Position numbers and translations under genes: made by a program. Source: Candidatus Lustribacter sp. (GTDB lineage: Bacteria > Vulcanimicrobiota > Vulcanimicrobiia > Vulcanimicrobiales > Vulcanimicrobiaceae). Taken from it: 64,000 nt of DNA. Below the pieces are notes generated by a model that was given only the letters and a program-made list of their open reading frames with translations, did no database searches and was not told the origin of the DNA. This document shows, piece by piece, positions 9,938 to 19,623 of the stretch. The first letter of the stretch is position 1; the number at the start of each line of letters is the position of its first letter. The stretch spans positions 3,872,001 to 3,936,000 of the forward strand of contig OZ255842.1 in the NCBI GenBank assembly GCA_965277805.1. The letters are read 5' to 3'.

Positions 9938-10993
9938 TCACTGTTCGCCTTCGAAGTAGTCGAGGGACGGTTCGCTGCGCACGATGATGCCGGTCGCCTC
10001 GACCATTACTTTGCGCGAATCGGGATAGTGGCAGACGTCGCCCGCATCGATGTTGGCGAACATCAGGATCACGGCCGAGGTGTCGCCTTCGTTCGAGAGC
10101 CGGTGCGCGCCGCGCTCGCCGGTCGGAAACGCGATCACGTCGCCGGGCCGCAGTTCGAAGGTGCCTTGGGGCGTTCGCAGCGTCGGCGTGCCCGACCACA
10201 CGACGAACGCTTCTTCTTCCTGCGTGTGCCAATGATTGGGGCAGTAGACTTCGCCGCGCTCGAGCACGCCGAGCGCGTATCCCAAGCGCGTCGCGCCGAG
10301 CAGCCGGCCGACCTCGGCCGCCGAACCGGTGTACGGCGGCGGGCCGTCGTCGGGCGCGATAGCGAGCTCGTCGAGGTTCACGCGCCGCGTCAGCACGCCG
10401 TTGCGCGCATCGAGCATGTCGCACAGCGCTTCCCAGCCGTGGTGAAACACCGGCATGCCGTCGCCGACGAGCAGGTGCCGTACGCCCAGCGCCAGCAGCT
10501 GCCGCACCGAAAGCGCCGCGCGCGCCGCGTCTTCGAGTTTTTCATCGGGCATCAGCCGGACCGCGCCGGCGGGTACGCCCCACAACGCGTCGCCCGTGAT
10601 GGCGCTGCGATTGTTGCGGTGCACGAGCGCGAATTCGCCCGGCGTCTTGAATCCGTCGAGGCCAACGACGCTCCAGCCGAAGATCGATTCGCCGTGCCCA
10701 AGCGTGCGCGCGACGGGAACGCTCATCTCGTCCGCATCGGGCAGCGACGCGATCACCGGCACGTTGTAGCGCTGGGCGAACAGCGCGGCCGCGCGCTCGT
10801 GATCGCGATTGGTGATAACGACCGCCGCCAAACCCCGTTCGTCGACGAACGCCAGATCGTCGTCATCCGGCTCGAGCGGGTCGACCACCATGTTGCCGCC
10901 GTCGCCGGCGACGAACCACGCGTTGAAGAACATCGCGCGATCGGCTTGCCAGCGCGACCACGTCCACACACCCGGCACGATCGTGGTCTGCAT
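9938..10993 (-). CDS. MBL-fold domain + cupin domain fusion protein
   Basis: N-terminal VVDP...ITNRDHER...ITGDAL (degenerate MBL); C-terminal NHWHTQEEE...GDVIAFP..G.AHRL cupin. Confidence 0.75.
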   Translation of the reverse strand: MQTTIVPGVWTWSRWQADRAMFFNAWFVAGDGGNMVVDPLEPDDDDLAFVDERGLAAVVITNRDHERAAALFAQRYNVPVIASLPDADEMSVPVARTLGHGESIFGWSVVGLDGFKTPGEFALVHRNNRSAITGDALWGVPAGAVRLMPDEKLEDAARAALSVRQLLALGVRHLLVGDGMPVFHHGWEALCDMLDARNGVLTRRVNLDELAIAPDDGPPPYTGSAAEVGRLLGATRLGYALGVLERGEVYCPNHWHTQEEEAFVVWSGTPTLRTPQGTFELRPGDVIAFPTGERGAHRLSNEGDTSAVILMFANIDAGDVCHYPDSRKVMVEATGIIVRSEPSLDYFEGEQ

Positions 10994-12651
10994 CAGGATG
11001 CGCTCGCAATGCCGTCGGCGGCGTCGCGTGCGATCGCGTTCGCCGCGCGTTCACCCGCCGGACCGTATCCGCCGCCGCCGGCCGTTTGCACGACGAGCGT
11101 TTCGCCCGCGTTCACCTGCAGGGTCACCTTGGCTGGAAGCGTGCGCATCGTTTGTTCCCCCTCGTCGCCGGCCGCAATCAGCGTATGCCGTCCGGGTGCG
11201 CCGGCGCCGCCGCCGGCACTTCCCTGCGGCCGCACGGCATGCCGTTCACCCAAGAGCGAAATCGTCGCGCTGCCGCTGCGAACCTGCAACGCGCGCACGA
11301 GCCCCGCGCCGCCGCGCCGGCGGCCCGCGCCGGCGGTGTCATCCGCGAACTCATAACGCGTGACGCGCAGCGGAAAGGCGCGCTCGAGTACCTCGATCGG
11401 CGTATTGAGCGTGTTCGTCATGTGCGCTTGGATCGCATCGACGCCGTCGGCCTCGGGACGCGCACCCATTCCGCAGCCGTTTGTCTCGTAGAACGCCCAC
11501 GGCGCGCCGCGCTCGTCGATGCCGCCCATCATGACGTTGTTCATCGAACCGCCGCTCTGCGCGGGCACGCGATCGGGCGCGAGCATTCCGAGCGCCGCGA
11601 GCACGAGATCCGCATTGCGCATCGACGTCTCGACGTTGCCGGCCGAGACCGGCGCCGGACGGTGCGGGTTCAACAGCGTGCCTTCGGGCACGTGCACTTC
11701 GATCGGCCGGAACACGCCGTCGTTCATCGGAATATCCGCCGCCAGCAACGCGCGGATCGCATAGTATACGCCGGATAGCGTGACGCCGTAGACGGCGTTG
11801 AGCGGCATCGGCAGCTGCGGCGAGGTACCAGTGTAGTCGAGCCGCATCGCCTCGCGGCGCTTCTCGAGCCGCAGTTTGAGAACGATCGTCGGCTCGCCGT
11901 TCGCATCTTCCATCACGTCGCTGCACGCGGCGACCCCGTCGGGAAACGAGCGCAGCGCGGCCCGCATGCGCCGTTCGCCGTCGTCGATCGCCTTGGCCGT
12001 GGCCTGCGCGACCGTGGCGGCGCCGTAGCGCTCGACCAGATCGCGCACGCGGCGCTCGCCCGTTACGTTGCCGGCCAGTTGGGCGCGCAGATCGCCGCTG
12101 CGCGTCTCGGGGGTGCGCGAGTTGGCGCGAAAGAGCGCGACGGTTTCCGGCACCACCACGTCGTCGCGCATCAAGCGCATCGGCGGCATGATGAAGCCTT
12201 CGGCGAAAAGCTCGCGCGCATTGGGCGGCATCGACCCCGGCACCATGCCGCCGACGTCGGCGTGATGCGCTTTGTTGCAGGCATAGCCAAAAATCGCGCC
12301 GTCGACGAAGATCGGCCGGATGACGGTGACGTCGTTGAGGTGCGTGCCCGACAGATACGGATCGTTCACCACCCACTGGTCGCCCGGCCGCATCGCATCG
12401 CCCGTCGCAGCGATGCGTTCGAGCGTGCGCATCAGACCCCAGGGCAGCGAGCCGAGATGCACGGGAATGTGTTCGGCCTGCGCGACCAGCCGCAACTGTG
12501 CGTCGAAGAGCGCGCACGAGTGGTCGAGCCGCTCCTTGATGTTCGGTGAGTACGCGGCGTTGCGCACCGCGATCCCCATCTCTTCGCTCGCATACAGCAA
12601 ACCGGAGACGATGATCTCGGCCGTGATCGGATCGAGGGTGCCGGTTATCAC
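10993..12651 (-). CDS. Hydantoinase B / 5-oxoprolinase subunit
   Basis: SPNIKERLDHSCA, HIPVHLG, NDPYLSGTHLND, HHADVGG, TAGGGGYG; GTGA overlap with upstream gene. Confidence 0.92.
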   Translation of the reverse strand: MITGTLDPITAEIIVSGLLYASEEMGIAVRNAAYSPNIKERLDHSCALFDAQLRLVAQAEHIPVHLGSLPWGLMRTLERIAATGDAMRPGDQWVVNDPYLSGTHLNDVTVIRPIFVDGAIFGYACNKAHHADVGGMVPGSMPPNARELFAEGFIMPPMRLMRDDVVVPETVALFRANSRTPETRSGDLRAQLAGNVTGERRVRDLVERYGAATVAQATAKAIDDGERRMRAALRSFPDGVAACSDVMEDANGEPTIVLKLRLEKRREAMRLDYTGTSPQLPMPLNAVYGVTLSGVYYAIRALLAADIPMNDGVFRPIEVHVPEGTLLNPHRPAPVSAGNVETSMRNADLVLAALGMLAPDRVPAQSGGSMNNVMMGGIDERGAPWAFYETNGCGMGARPEADGVDAIQAHMTNTLNTPIEVLERAFPLRVTRYEFADDTAGAGRRRGGAGLVRALQVRSGSATISLLGERHAVRPQGSAGGGAGAPGRHTLIAAGDEGEQTMRTLPAKVTLQVNAGETLVVQTAGGGGYGPAGERAANAIARDAADGIASAS

Positions 12652-14720
12652 GCGCTTTTCTCCAGCAGCAAGTTTGCCGTGACGTCCACCGTCGCGCGCC
12701 AGCCGCGCGGCACCCACGTCGTCGTGTCGTACTGCTCGACGATCGCCGGCCCCTCGAACGCGTCTCCTTCACCGAGAAGTTCGCGTTGATAGATCGCGGT
12801 GTCGACGAAGGCGCCTGCGTCCCAGACGCGGCGCGTGCCGATGGCGGACGGTTTGGCGGTCCCTCGACAAGCTCGGGATGACAGGTCTTGCGCGCCGCTC
12901 TCTGCGGAGTGCGAGCCGATGGCGGTGATGCGCACTGTGGCGAGTTCGATGCGTTCGTCGCGGACGGCGTAGCCGTAGCGGCGTTCGTGGCGGTGATGGA
13001 ACGCTTCGGCGATCGCGCCTTCGTCGCCGTCGAACGGCACCGTCAGGTCGAACGACTGCCCGGCATAACGCAAGTCGAGTTCCGCTACGATGCGGATCTG
13101 TTCGTCCGGTACGTCTTGCAGGCGCAACGACGCGCGCGCTTCTTCGCTCATTGCAGCGGCAACGTCGCGCGCGCCGGCAAGCGTTGCCGCATCGAGCGGC
13201 GCGACGAGCGAGCGCGAGTACGCCGCGCGGACGTCGGCGGCGAGCAATCCGAGCGCGCTGAACAAACCGGGGTAGCGCGGCACGACGACGCGCCGCATGC
13301 CGAGATCGTCGGCCAGCGCGCAGGCGTGCAGCGGGCCGCCGCCCCCGAACGCCATCAGCACGAAGTCGCGCGGATCGAGCCCGCGCTCGACCGACACGAT
13401 GCGCAGCACTTTCGCCATGTCGGCATCGACGAGCGCGACGATGCCCGCCGCCGTACGCTCCACGTCGCCGTCCAGCGGCGCCGCAACCGTCGCGACCGCC
13501 GCGCGCGAGCGCGCCGCATCGATCGGGAACGCGCCACCGACCAGCGCGACCGGATTGAGGCGGCCCAGCACGACGTTGGCGTCGGTCACGGTCGGCTGTG
13601 TGCCCTTGCCGTAGCAGGCCGGGCCCGGATCGGCGCCGGCTGAGAGCGGCCCGACGCGCAGCACGCCGACCGAGTCGAGTCGCGCGAGCGTTCCGCCGCC
13701 GGCACTCACCTCGGCCAAGTCGACGAACGGGAAGCGCACCGGGTAGCCGCTGCCCGCGCGGCCGCGTCCGCTGTGCGTCGCGCCGGCGGCTTCGAACTCA
13801 TAGGCGATCTCGGGCCGGCCGCCGACGATCGTGCCGGCCTTGGCCGTCGTGCCGCCCATATCGAAGGACAGCACGTCGGCGACGCCGATCGCCGCCCCGG
13901 CCGCGGCCGCCGCGATCACGCCGCTGGCCGGACCGCTTTCCACCAGCGTCGCCGGTCGATCGGCCACGAACGCCAGCGCCGCCGTGCCGCCGTTGGATTG
14001 CATGACGAAGACCGGCGCCGCAATGCCGAGCGCGCGCACGCCGGCGGCCAGCCGTTCCAGATAGCCGCGCACCACCGGCAGCAAGGCCGCATTGACGACG
14101 GCGGTCGAGAAGCGCTCGTACTCGCGCTCTTCGCGCACCAGCGCCGACGACGCCGTGACGGCCACGCCGGGGAGCGCGTCGTGCAAGGCGGCGACGACGG
14201 CCCGTTCGTGCGCGTCGTTGGTGTAGCTGTTGAGGAAGCCGACGGCGACGCTGCGGATCCCGCGTTCGCGGATCGTCGCCACGGCCGCGGCAACGCCGCC
14301 CGGATCCAGCGGCTCGTGCACGCTGCCGTCGTAGTCGATGCGCTCGCGAACCGTGAGCCGGTCTTCACGGCGGGCCAGGGGCGTCGGGCGCCCGACGTGG
14401 AGGTCGTACACCGAGCTGCGCGCTTGGCGCCCGATTTCGAGCACGTCGCGGAAGCCTTCGGTGGTGATGAACGCGACCCGCGGCAGATCGAGGTTGACCT
14501 GACCGAGCAGGGCGTTCGTGGCGATCGTGCTGGCGTGGCAGAGGGCGGCGATCTCGCCGGCATCGACGTCGCGCAGCAACGCGCGCAGGGCCTCGAGCAG
14601 GCCGATCTCCGGCGCGGCCGGCGTTGTGGCCACCTTGTAGCGCAAGATGGCGCCGTCGGCGCTGGTCGCGACGAGATCGGTGAACGTCCCGCCGACGTCC
14701 ACGCCCACCCGCCAACTCAC
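12648..14720 (-). CDS. Hydantoinase A / 5-oxoprolinase subunit
   Basis: GVDVGGTFTD, ESGPASG, DMGGTT, SAGADPGPACYG motifs. Confidence 0.92.
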   Translation of the reverse strand: MSWRVGVDVGGTFTDLVATSADGAILRYKVATTPAAPEIGLLEALRALLRDVDAGEIAALCHASTIATNALLGQVNLDLPRVAFITTEGFRDVLEIGRQARSSVYDLHVGRPTPLARREDRLTVRERIDYDGSVHEPLDPGGVAAAVATIRERGIRSVAVGFLNSYTNDAHERAVVAALHDALPGVAVTASSALVREEREYERFSTAVVNAALLPVVRGYLERLAAGVRALGIAAPVFVMQSNGGTAALAFVADRPATLVESGPASGVIAAAAAGAAIGVADVLSFDMGGTTAKAGTIVGGRPEIAYEFEAAGATHSGRGRAGSGYPVRFPFVDLAEVSAGGGTLARLDSVGVLRVGPLSAGADPGPACYGKGTQPTVTDANVVLGRLNPVALVGGAFPIDAARSRAAVATVAAPLDGDVERTAAGIVALVDADMAKVLRIVSVERGLDPRDFVLMAFGGGGPLHACALADDLGMRRVVVPRYPGLFSALGLLAADVRAAYSRSLVAPLDAATLAGARDVAAAMSEEARASLRLQDVPDEQIRIVAELDLRYAGQSFDLTVPFDGDEGAIAEAFHHRHERRYGYAVRDERIELATVRITAIGSHSAESGAQDLSSRACRGTAKPSAIGTRRVWDAGAFVDTAIYQRELLGEGDAFEGPAIVEQYDTTTWVPRGWRATVDVTANLLLEKSA
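12859..12884. repeat. REP-like dispersed repeat, copy 2 (inside hydantoinase A frame)
   Basis: gtccctcgacaagctcgggatgacag; encodes LSSRACRG without breaking the frame. Confidence 0.9.
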
Positions 14721-14768
14721 CGGGCTGCGTTCAGCCCGGCGCGGTGTTGTTGTCTACGTTGGAGTTGA

Positions 14769-14939
14769 TTAGTTCCAGTGCAGCTCGCGGGCGATCTGCT
14801 TGCGCTCCCACTCATCGGAGAAGGCCACGTCGGCCACTTCCGCGGGGGCTTGCGTATGCTGATGTCCGTTGAACCAGCCCAGCACCGTCGCGACCAGCGC
14901 GTCGATGGCATCGTGTGAGAATTGAGTTTTCCGTTCCAT
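14769..14939 (-). CDS. Small hypothetical protein, 56 aa (MERKTQFSHDAIDALVATVLGWFNGHQHTQAPAEVADVAFSDEWERKQIARELHWN)
   Basis: Translated by hand, below ORF-track cutoff; ATG to TAA, mostly G/C third positions, promoter directly upstream. Confidence 0.65.
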   Translation of the reverse strand: MERKTQFSHDAIDALVATVLGWFNGHQHTQAPAEVADVAFSDEWERKQIARELHWN

Positions 14940-14948
14940 GATGGACTA

Positions 14949-14978
14949 ATTGTAACGTAACGTAACATTACTTGTCAG
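14949..14978 (-). promoter_or_regulatory. Sigma70-like promoter (CTGACA-N18-TACAAT) overlapped by TGTAA-N7-TAACA dyad
   Basis: Read directly; -10 ends 9 nt before the ATG at 14939; dyad spans 14951-14967. Confidence 0.55.
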
Positions 14979-15086
14979 TCGCATTTGTCTGAGATGCCAC
15001 TTTAATCGAGCGTTAAGTAACTGCAGAAAACTGCTAAAAGCCCGTCAAAAGGCTGAAAGAATCTCCCAGGAAACAATCTGAGCAAG

Positions 15087-17129
15087 CTAACTCCCGACGA
15101 GCTCGCGCAGCGCGTGCTGGAAAATCTTCGGCGCTTTGCCCTGGAAGAGCACGGATTCGTTGCCGCCGACTTGTTTGCGCAACTCGATCAGCTCGTCGCG
15201 CAGCGCGGCCGCCTTCTCGAATTCGAGGTTCGCCGCGGCCTCGCGCATCTTGCGCTCGATGTCGTTGGACATGGCCATCGCCACCTCGCGCGGCAGCTTC
15301 TCGCCTTTGAGCCCGGTGGCCGCGACGCTGCTCGTACTGACCAGCGCGAGAATGTCGCGCACTTCTTTGCGAATCGACTTCGGCTCGATGCCGTGCTCGA
15401 GGTTGTACGCCACTTGCCTCTCGCGGCGCCGTTTCGTCTCGCCGAGCGCGCGGGCCATCGACTCCGTGACGACGTCGGCGTACATGATCACCTTGCCCTC
15501 GACGTTGCGCGCCGCGCGGCCGATCGTCTGGATCAAGGCGGTGCCGCTGCGCAAATAGCCCTCTTTGTCGGCGTCTAGAATACCGACGAGCGAGACTTCC
15601 GGCAAATCGAGGCCTTCGCGCAACAGATTGATGCCGACCAGCACGTCGAACTCGCCCTTGCGCAAATCGCGCAGGATCGCGATGCGTTCGAGCGTCTCGA
15701 TCTCGCTGTGCAGGTAGCGCACCTTGAGCCCGTTTTCGAGCAAATAGTCCGTGAGGTCTTCGGCCATCTTCTTGGTCAGCGTCGTGACCAGCACGCGTTC
15801 GTCTTTTTCGGTGCGCTTGCGGATCTCGTCCATCAGATCGTCGACTTGATGGCGCGTCGGACGCACCTCGACTTCAGGATCGACGAGCCCGGTCGGCCGG
15901 ATCACCATCTCGACGACCTGCTGCGAACGCTTCGTTTCGAACTCCGCCGGCGTGGCCGAAACGTAGATCACCTGGTTGAGGTGGGCTTGGAATTCATCCG
16001 CCGTGAGCGGCCGGTTGTCGAGTGCCGACGGCAGCCGGAAACCGTGCTCGACCAACGATAATTTGCGCGAGCGGTCGCCGCCGTACATGCCGCCGACCTG
16101 CGGGATCGTCACGTGCGACTCGTCGACGAAGAGCAGCCAATCCTTGGGGAAAAAGTCGAGCAGGCAGAACGGGGTCGAACCTGCTTCGCGGCCCGAAAGC
16201 GGGCGCGAGTAGTTCTCGACACCGTTGCAGTAGCCGACTTCGCGCAGCATGTCGAGGTCGTAGCGCGTGCGCTGTTCGAGCCGCTGCGCTTCGAGCAGTT
16301 TGCCGTTGTCCTTGAAGTATTTCAACCGGTCTTCGAGCTCGATCTCGATGTCTTCGATCGCGCGTTTGAGCTTTTCGTCGGGCGTGATGTAGTGCTTGGC
16401 CGGGAAGATCTTCAGCTCGTCCTTCGACTCGACGTATTCGCCGGTCATGATGTTGACGACGTTGATCGCTTCGACCTCATCGCCGAAAAACTCGATGCGG
16501 TGCACGAGTTCTTCTTCGACGCCGACGAACTCGAGCGTATCGCCGCGCACGCGGAACGTGCCGCGCACCAGGTTGAGGTCGTTGCGGCGGTACTGCATCC
16601 CGATCAGCTTGCGCAAGAACTCGTCGCGGTCGATCGTATCGCCGATCTTGATGTCGGCCGAAAGCTCCATGTAGTCGGCCGGCGAGCCCAAACCGTAGAT
16701 GCACGACACCGAGGCCACGATCAGCGTGTCGGGCCGGGTCAAGAGCGACTGGGTAGCCGAGTGCCGGAGGCGCTCGATCTCGTCGTTGATCGAGGAATCC
16801 TTGGCGATATAGGTGTCGGTGTGCGCGATATACGCTTCGGGCTGGTAGTAGTCGAAGTACGAGACGAAGTACTCGACCGCGTTGTGCGGGAGAAAGTCCC
16901 GGAACTCGGCGCACAGCTGGGCGGCGAGCGTCTTGTTGTGGCACAGCACGAGGGTCGGCTTCTGGACCAGCTCGACGACCCGGGCCATCGCCATGGTCTT
17001 GCCGCTGCCCGTCACCCCGAGGAGCGTCTGGGCGTGATCGCCCCGCAGGACCCCCTTGGCCAGGGCCTCGGTGGCGACAGGCTGGTCCCCGGCCAACGCG
17101 TAGGGGCTGACCAACTCGAATTTGGGCAT
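15087..17129 (-). CDS. uvrB: Excinuclease ABC subunit B
   Basis: [38 protein letters not shown]-terminal UVR motif. Confidence 0.98.
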   Translation of the reverse strand: MPKFELVSPYALAGDQPVATEALAKGVLRGDHAQTLLGVTGSGKTMAMARVVELVQKPTLVLCHNKTLAAQLCAEFRDFLPHNAVEYFVSYFDYYQPEAYIAHTDTYIAKDSSINDEIERLRHSATQSLLTRPDTLIVASVSCIYGLGSPADYMELSADIKIGDTIDRDEFLRKLIGMQYRRNDLNLVRGTFRVRGDTLEFVGVEEELVHRIEFFGDEVEAINVVNIMTGEYVESKDELKIFPAKHYITPDEKLKRAIEDIEIELEDRLKYFKDNGKLLEAQRLEQRTRYDLDMLREVGYCNGVENYSRPLSGREAGSTPFCLLDFFPKDWLLFVDESHVTIPQVGGMYGGDRSRKLSLVEHGFRLPSALDNRPLTADEFQAHLNQVIYVSATPAEFETKRSQQVVEMVIRPTGLVDPEVEVRPTRHQVDDLMDEIRKRTEKDERVLVTTLTKKMAEDLTDYLLENGLKVRYLHSEIETLERIAILRDLRKGEFDVLVGINLLREGLDLPEVSLVGILDADKEGYLRSGTALIQTIGRAARNVEGKVIMYADVVTESMARALGETKRRRERQVAYNLEHGIEPKSIRKEVRDILALVSTSSVAATGLKGEKLPREVAMAMSNDIERKMREAAANLEFEKAAALRDELIELRKQVGGNESVLFQGKAPKIFQHALRELVGS

Positions 17130-17256
17130 AAGAACTCCCCATAACACCCCGACGGGTCCGAACCGCTTCAGGAGGGCGACTGCCGCTCCGGCGAGGAAAG
17201 GTCAAGGCTTCCCCCGTGCGCTCAGGCGATCGCGGGATGCGTTAAGGAGTACCTCC

Positions 17257-18330
17257 GTGATCCAGCCGCCGCTGTTGTTTAGCGGGACGTCCAACCGCGA
17301 ACTAGCCGACGAGATCGCCAAGAAGATGCAAACGCGCATCGGCAACGCGCTCGTCGATCGCTTCAAGAACGACGAATGTCGCATCGAAATTCGCGAGAAC
17401 GTCCGTGGGGCGGAGGTCTTCGTTCTTCAGTCGCTTTGCCGCACGCCGTGGGGCGGGTCGGTCAACGACGCGACGATGGAACTGCTGCTGATGATCGACG
17501 CCCTCGTGCGCGCATCGGCCAACCGCATTACGGCCGTGATTCCGTACTACGGCTACGCAAAGCAAGACAAGAAAACGAAAGGCCGCGAACCGATCTCCGC
17601 AAAGCTGCTGGCCAACATGCTGCAGACCGCGGGTGCGGAGCGGATCGTCACGCTCGACCTGCACGCCGCGCAGATTCAGGGCTTCTTCGACGTCCCGGTC
17701 GACAACCTGATGGCCGCACCGCACATGTGCAATCATCTGCGCAACGAGAAACTCTTCGGCGACAAGATCGTCGTCGTCTCGCCCGACGCCGGCGGCGTGC
17801 CGCGCGCCGAGTTCTTCGCCAAGCGGCTGAAGTCGACGCTGGCCGTGATCATTAAACGCCGGCCCGAACCCGACGTTTCGGAAGTGACGCACATCGTCGG
17901 CGACGTCGAGGGCAAGATCGCGGTGGTCGTCGACGACATGATCTCCACCGGCGGCACGCTCGTCAAAGCCTCCGAGGCCTTGATGAAGCGCGGCGCCACC
18001 GACGTCTACTGCCTCGCGACGCACGGCATTTTTGCCGGCGACGCGATCAAGCAGTTCGAATCCTCGGCGATCCGCAAGGTGATCGTCACCAACACGATCC
18101 CCGTCTCGGCTCATCCCGACGGTTTGGGCAACCGGATCGAGCAACTCTCGATCTCGCAGATCCTCGCCGATGCGATCAAACGCATCACCGCCAACCGTTC
18201 GGTCTCCGAACTCTTCGCGAGCGATGACAGCATCGAGCCGCCTCCCGACGACAATTCCGAAAAAAAACCCTCTGAAGAAGCTCCGCACCACGAAGCGAAC
18301 GCCGAAGCGGCGATCGCAGCTGCGGTTTAA
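17257..18330 (+). CDS. prs: Ribose-phosphate pyrophosphokinase
   Basis: PYYGYAKQD, DLHAAQIQGFF, VSPDAGG, VDDMISTGGT; AAGGAG RBS before GTG. Confidence 0.97.
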   Translation: MIQPPLLFSGTSNRELADEIAKKMQTRIGNALVDRFKNDECRIEIRENVRGAEVFVLQSLCRTPWGGSVNDATMELLLMIDALVRASANRITAVIPYYGYAKQDKKTKGREPISAKLLANMLQTAGAERIVTLDLHAAQIQGFFDVPVDNLMAAPHMCNHLRNEKLFGDKIVVVSPDAGGVPRAEFFAKRLKSTLAVIIKRRPEPDVSEVTHIVGDVEGKIAVVVDDMISTGGTLVKASEALMKRGATDVYCLATHGIFAGDAIKQFESSAIRKVIVTNTIPVSAHPDGLGNRIEQLSISQILADAIKRITANRSVSELFASDDSIEPPPDDNSEKKPSEEAPHHEANAEAAIAAAV

Positions 18331-18348
18331 GGAACCACCAACCCCGTC

Positions 18349-19002
18349 ATGGCGAAAGTTCAACGCGTCACCAACGTGACGATCCATTCCCGCGCCGAAA
18401 TCGGCACCACCGGCGCCAAGAAGGCACGCCGCGAAGGCCGCATCCCCGGCGCACTGTACGGTCACGGCGACGCGCAAGCGATCGCAGTCGACGCGAAAAC
18501 CCTCAACGAGCTGCTCTCATCGGGCGGCCAAAGCCACATCGTCGAAGCGACGATCGCCGGCAAGAAAGAATCCGTGCTGTTGCGTGAAGTGCAGCGCGAT
18601 CCGATCACGCACCGTCCGATCGCGGCCGACTTCCAGCGCGTCTCGTCGACCGAGGCGATCAACGCTTCGGTGCCGATCGTCACCGTCGGCGTCGCGCCGG
18701 GCGTGAAAGAGGGCGGCGGCGTCATGGACGTCGTGACCCACGCACTCGAGGTCAAGGGCCCGGCGGGAAGCCTGCCGGAGCACTTCGAGCTCGACGTCAC
18801 CGCGCTCAACGTCAACGATCACATCACCGCCGGTGATGTGAAGTTGCCGGCCGGGTTCACCCTGATCACGCCGGCGGAAACCGTCGTCGTGGCGGTTGAA
18901 GGCTCGCGCACGGCGTCCGACGATGCGGCGCTCACCGCTGCAGCAGCGGCCGCCGCACCGGCTCCGGTGCCCGACGCCGCAGCCGCACCCGCCGCTTCGT
19001 AG
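18349..19002 (+). CDS. rplY: 50S ribosomal protein bL25/Ctc
   Basis: RREGRIPGALYG, EVQRDP, GVKEGG; Ala/Pro-rich tail. Confidence 0.95.
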   Translation: MAKVQRVTNVTIHSRAEIGTTGAKKARREGRIPGALYGHGDAQAIAVDAKTLNELLSSGGQSHIVEATIAGKKESVLLREVQRDPITHRPIAADFQRVSSTEAINASVPIVTVGVAPGVKEGGGVMDVVTHALEVKGPAGSLPEHFELDVTALNVNDHITAGDVKLPAGFTLITPAETVVVAVEGSRTASDDAALTAAAAAAAPAPVPDAAAAPAAS

Positions 19003-19011
19003 TTCGGCGTC

Positions 19012-19623
19012 ATCGACGACCTTCGGCTCATCGTCGGGCTCGGCAACCCCGGGCCCGAATATGCGCGAACGCGCCACAACATCGGGTTCATGGTCGTCGA
19101 AGAACTCGCGCGCCGCTGGCAGCTTTCGAACTGGACCAAGCGGCGCGACGCGCGCCTCGTGCTCGATCGCAGCCGCAATGCCGCGATCGTCGAGCCGCTC
19201 GCATACATGAACGAAAGCGGCCCGCCGACGCTCGGCGTGGCGACGTTCTACAAAGTGCCCCCGCCGCGGATCCTGGTCGTCGTCGACGATCTGGATTTGC
19301 CGTTCGCGCGGCTACGTCTGCGTGCGGAGGGAAGTTCCGGCGGACACAACGGGCTCAAGTCGCTGATCGAAGTCTTCGGGCAAGGTTTTCCGCGGCTGCG
19401 CGTAGGCATCGGCCGTGATCGCGACAGCGGTGAAGCGATTCGCCACGTGCTCGGCACGTTTTCGCCCGCGGAAATCGAGGCGCTGCCGGGCGTAATCGAC
19501 CGCTGCATCGAGGGCATCGAGCTGTGGCTGCGTGGTGACATGCAGGGCGCGTTGAACCGCGTGAACGCTTCGAACGCACCAAATGCAAAGAGGAACGAAG
19601 CCGAAGAGCCCAAAGAAAAATAG
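19012..19623 (+). CDS. pth: Peptidyl-tRNA hydrolase (no canonical start; ATC 19012 used provisionally)
   Basis: LIVGLGNPG..Y..TRHNIGF upstream of first ATG (19090), YMNESG, DDLDL, GGHNGLKS, RLRVGIG. Confidence 0.93.
   Translation: MDDLRLIVGLGNPGPEYARTRHNIGFMVVEELARRWQLSNWTKRRDARLVLDRSRNAAIVEPLAYMNESGPPTLGVATFYKVPPPRILVVVDDLDLPFARLRLRAEGSSGGHNGLKSLIEVFGQGFPRLRVGIGRDRDSGEAIRHVLGTFSPAEIEALPGVIDRCIEGIELWLRGDMQGALNRVNASNAPNAKRNEAEEPKEK

Noticed and set aside
14717-14968. 83-aa ORF from the track
   Set aside because: Overlaps the promoter; the alternative frame 14769-14939 looks more gene-like
17155-17175. Possible LexA box (gaaccgcttc) upstream of uvrB
   Set aside because: Does not fit GAAC-N4-GTTC
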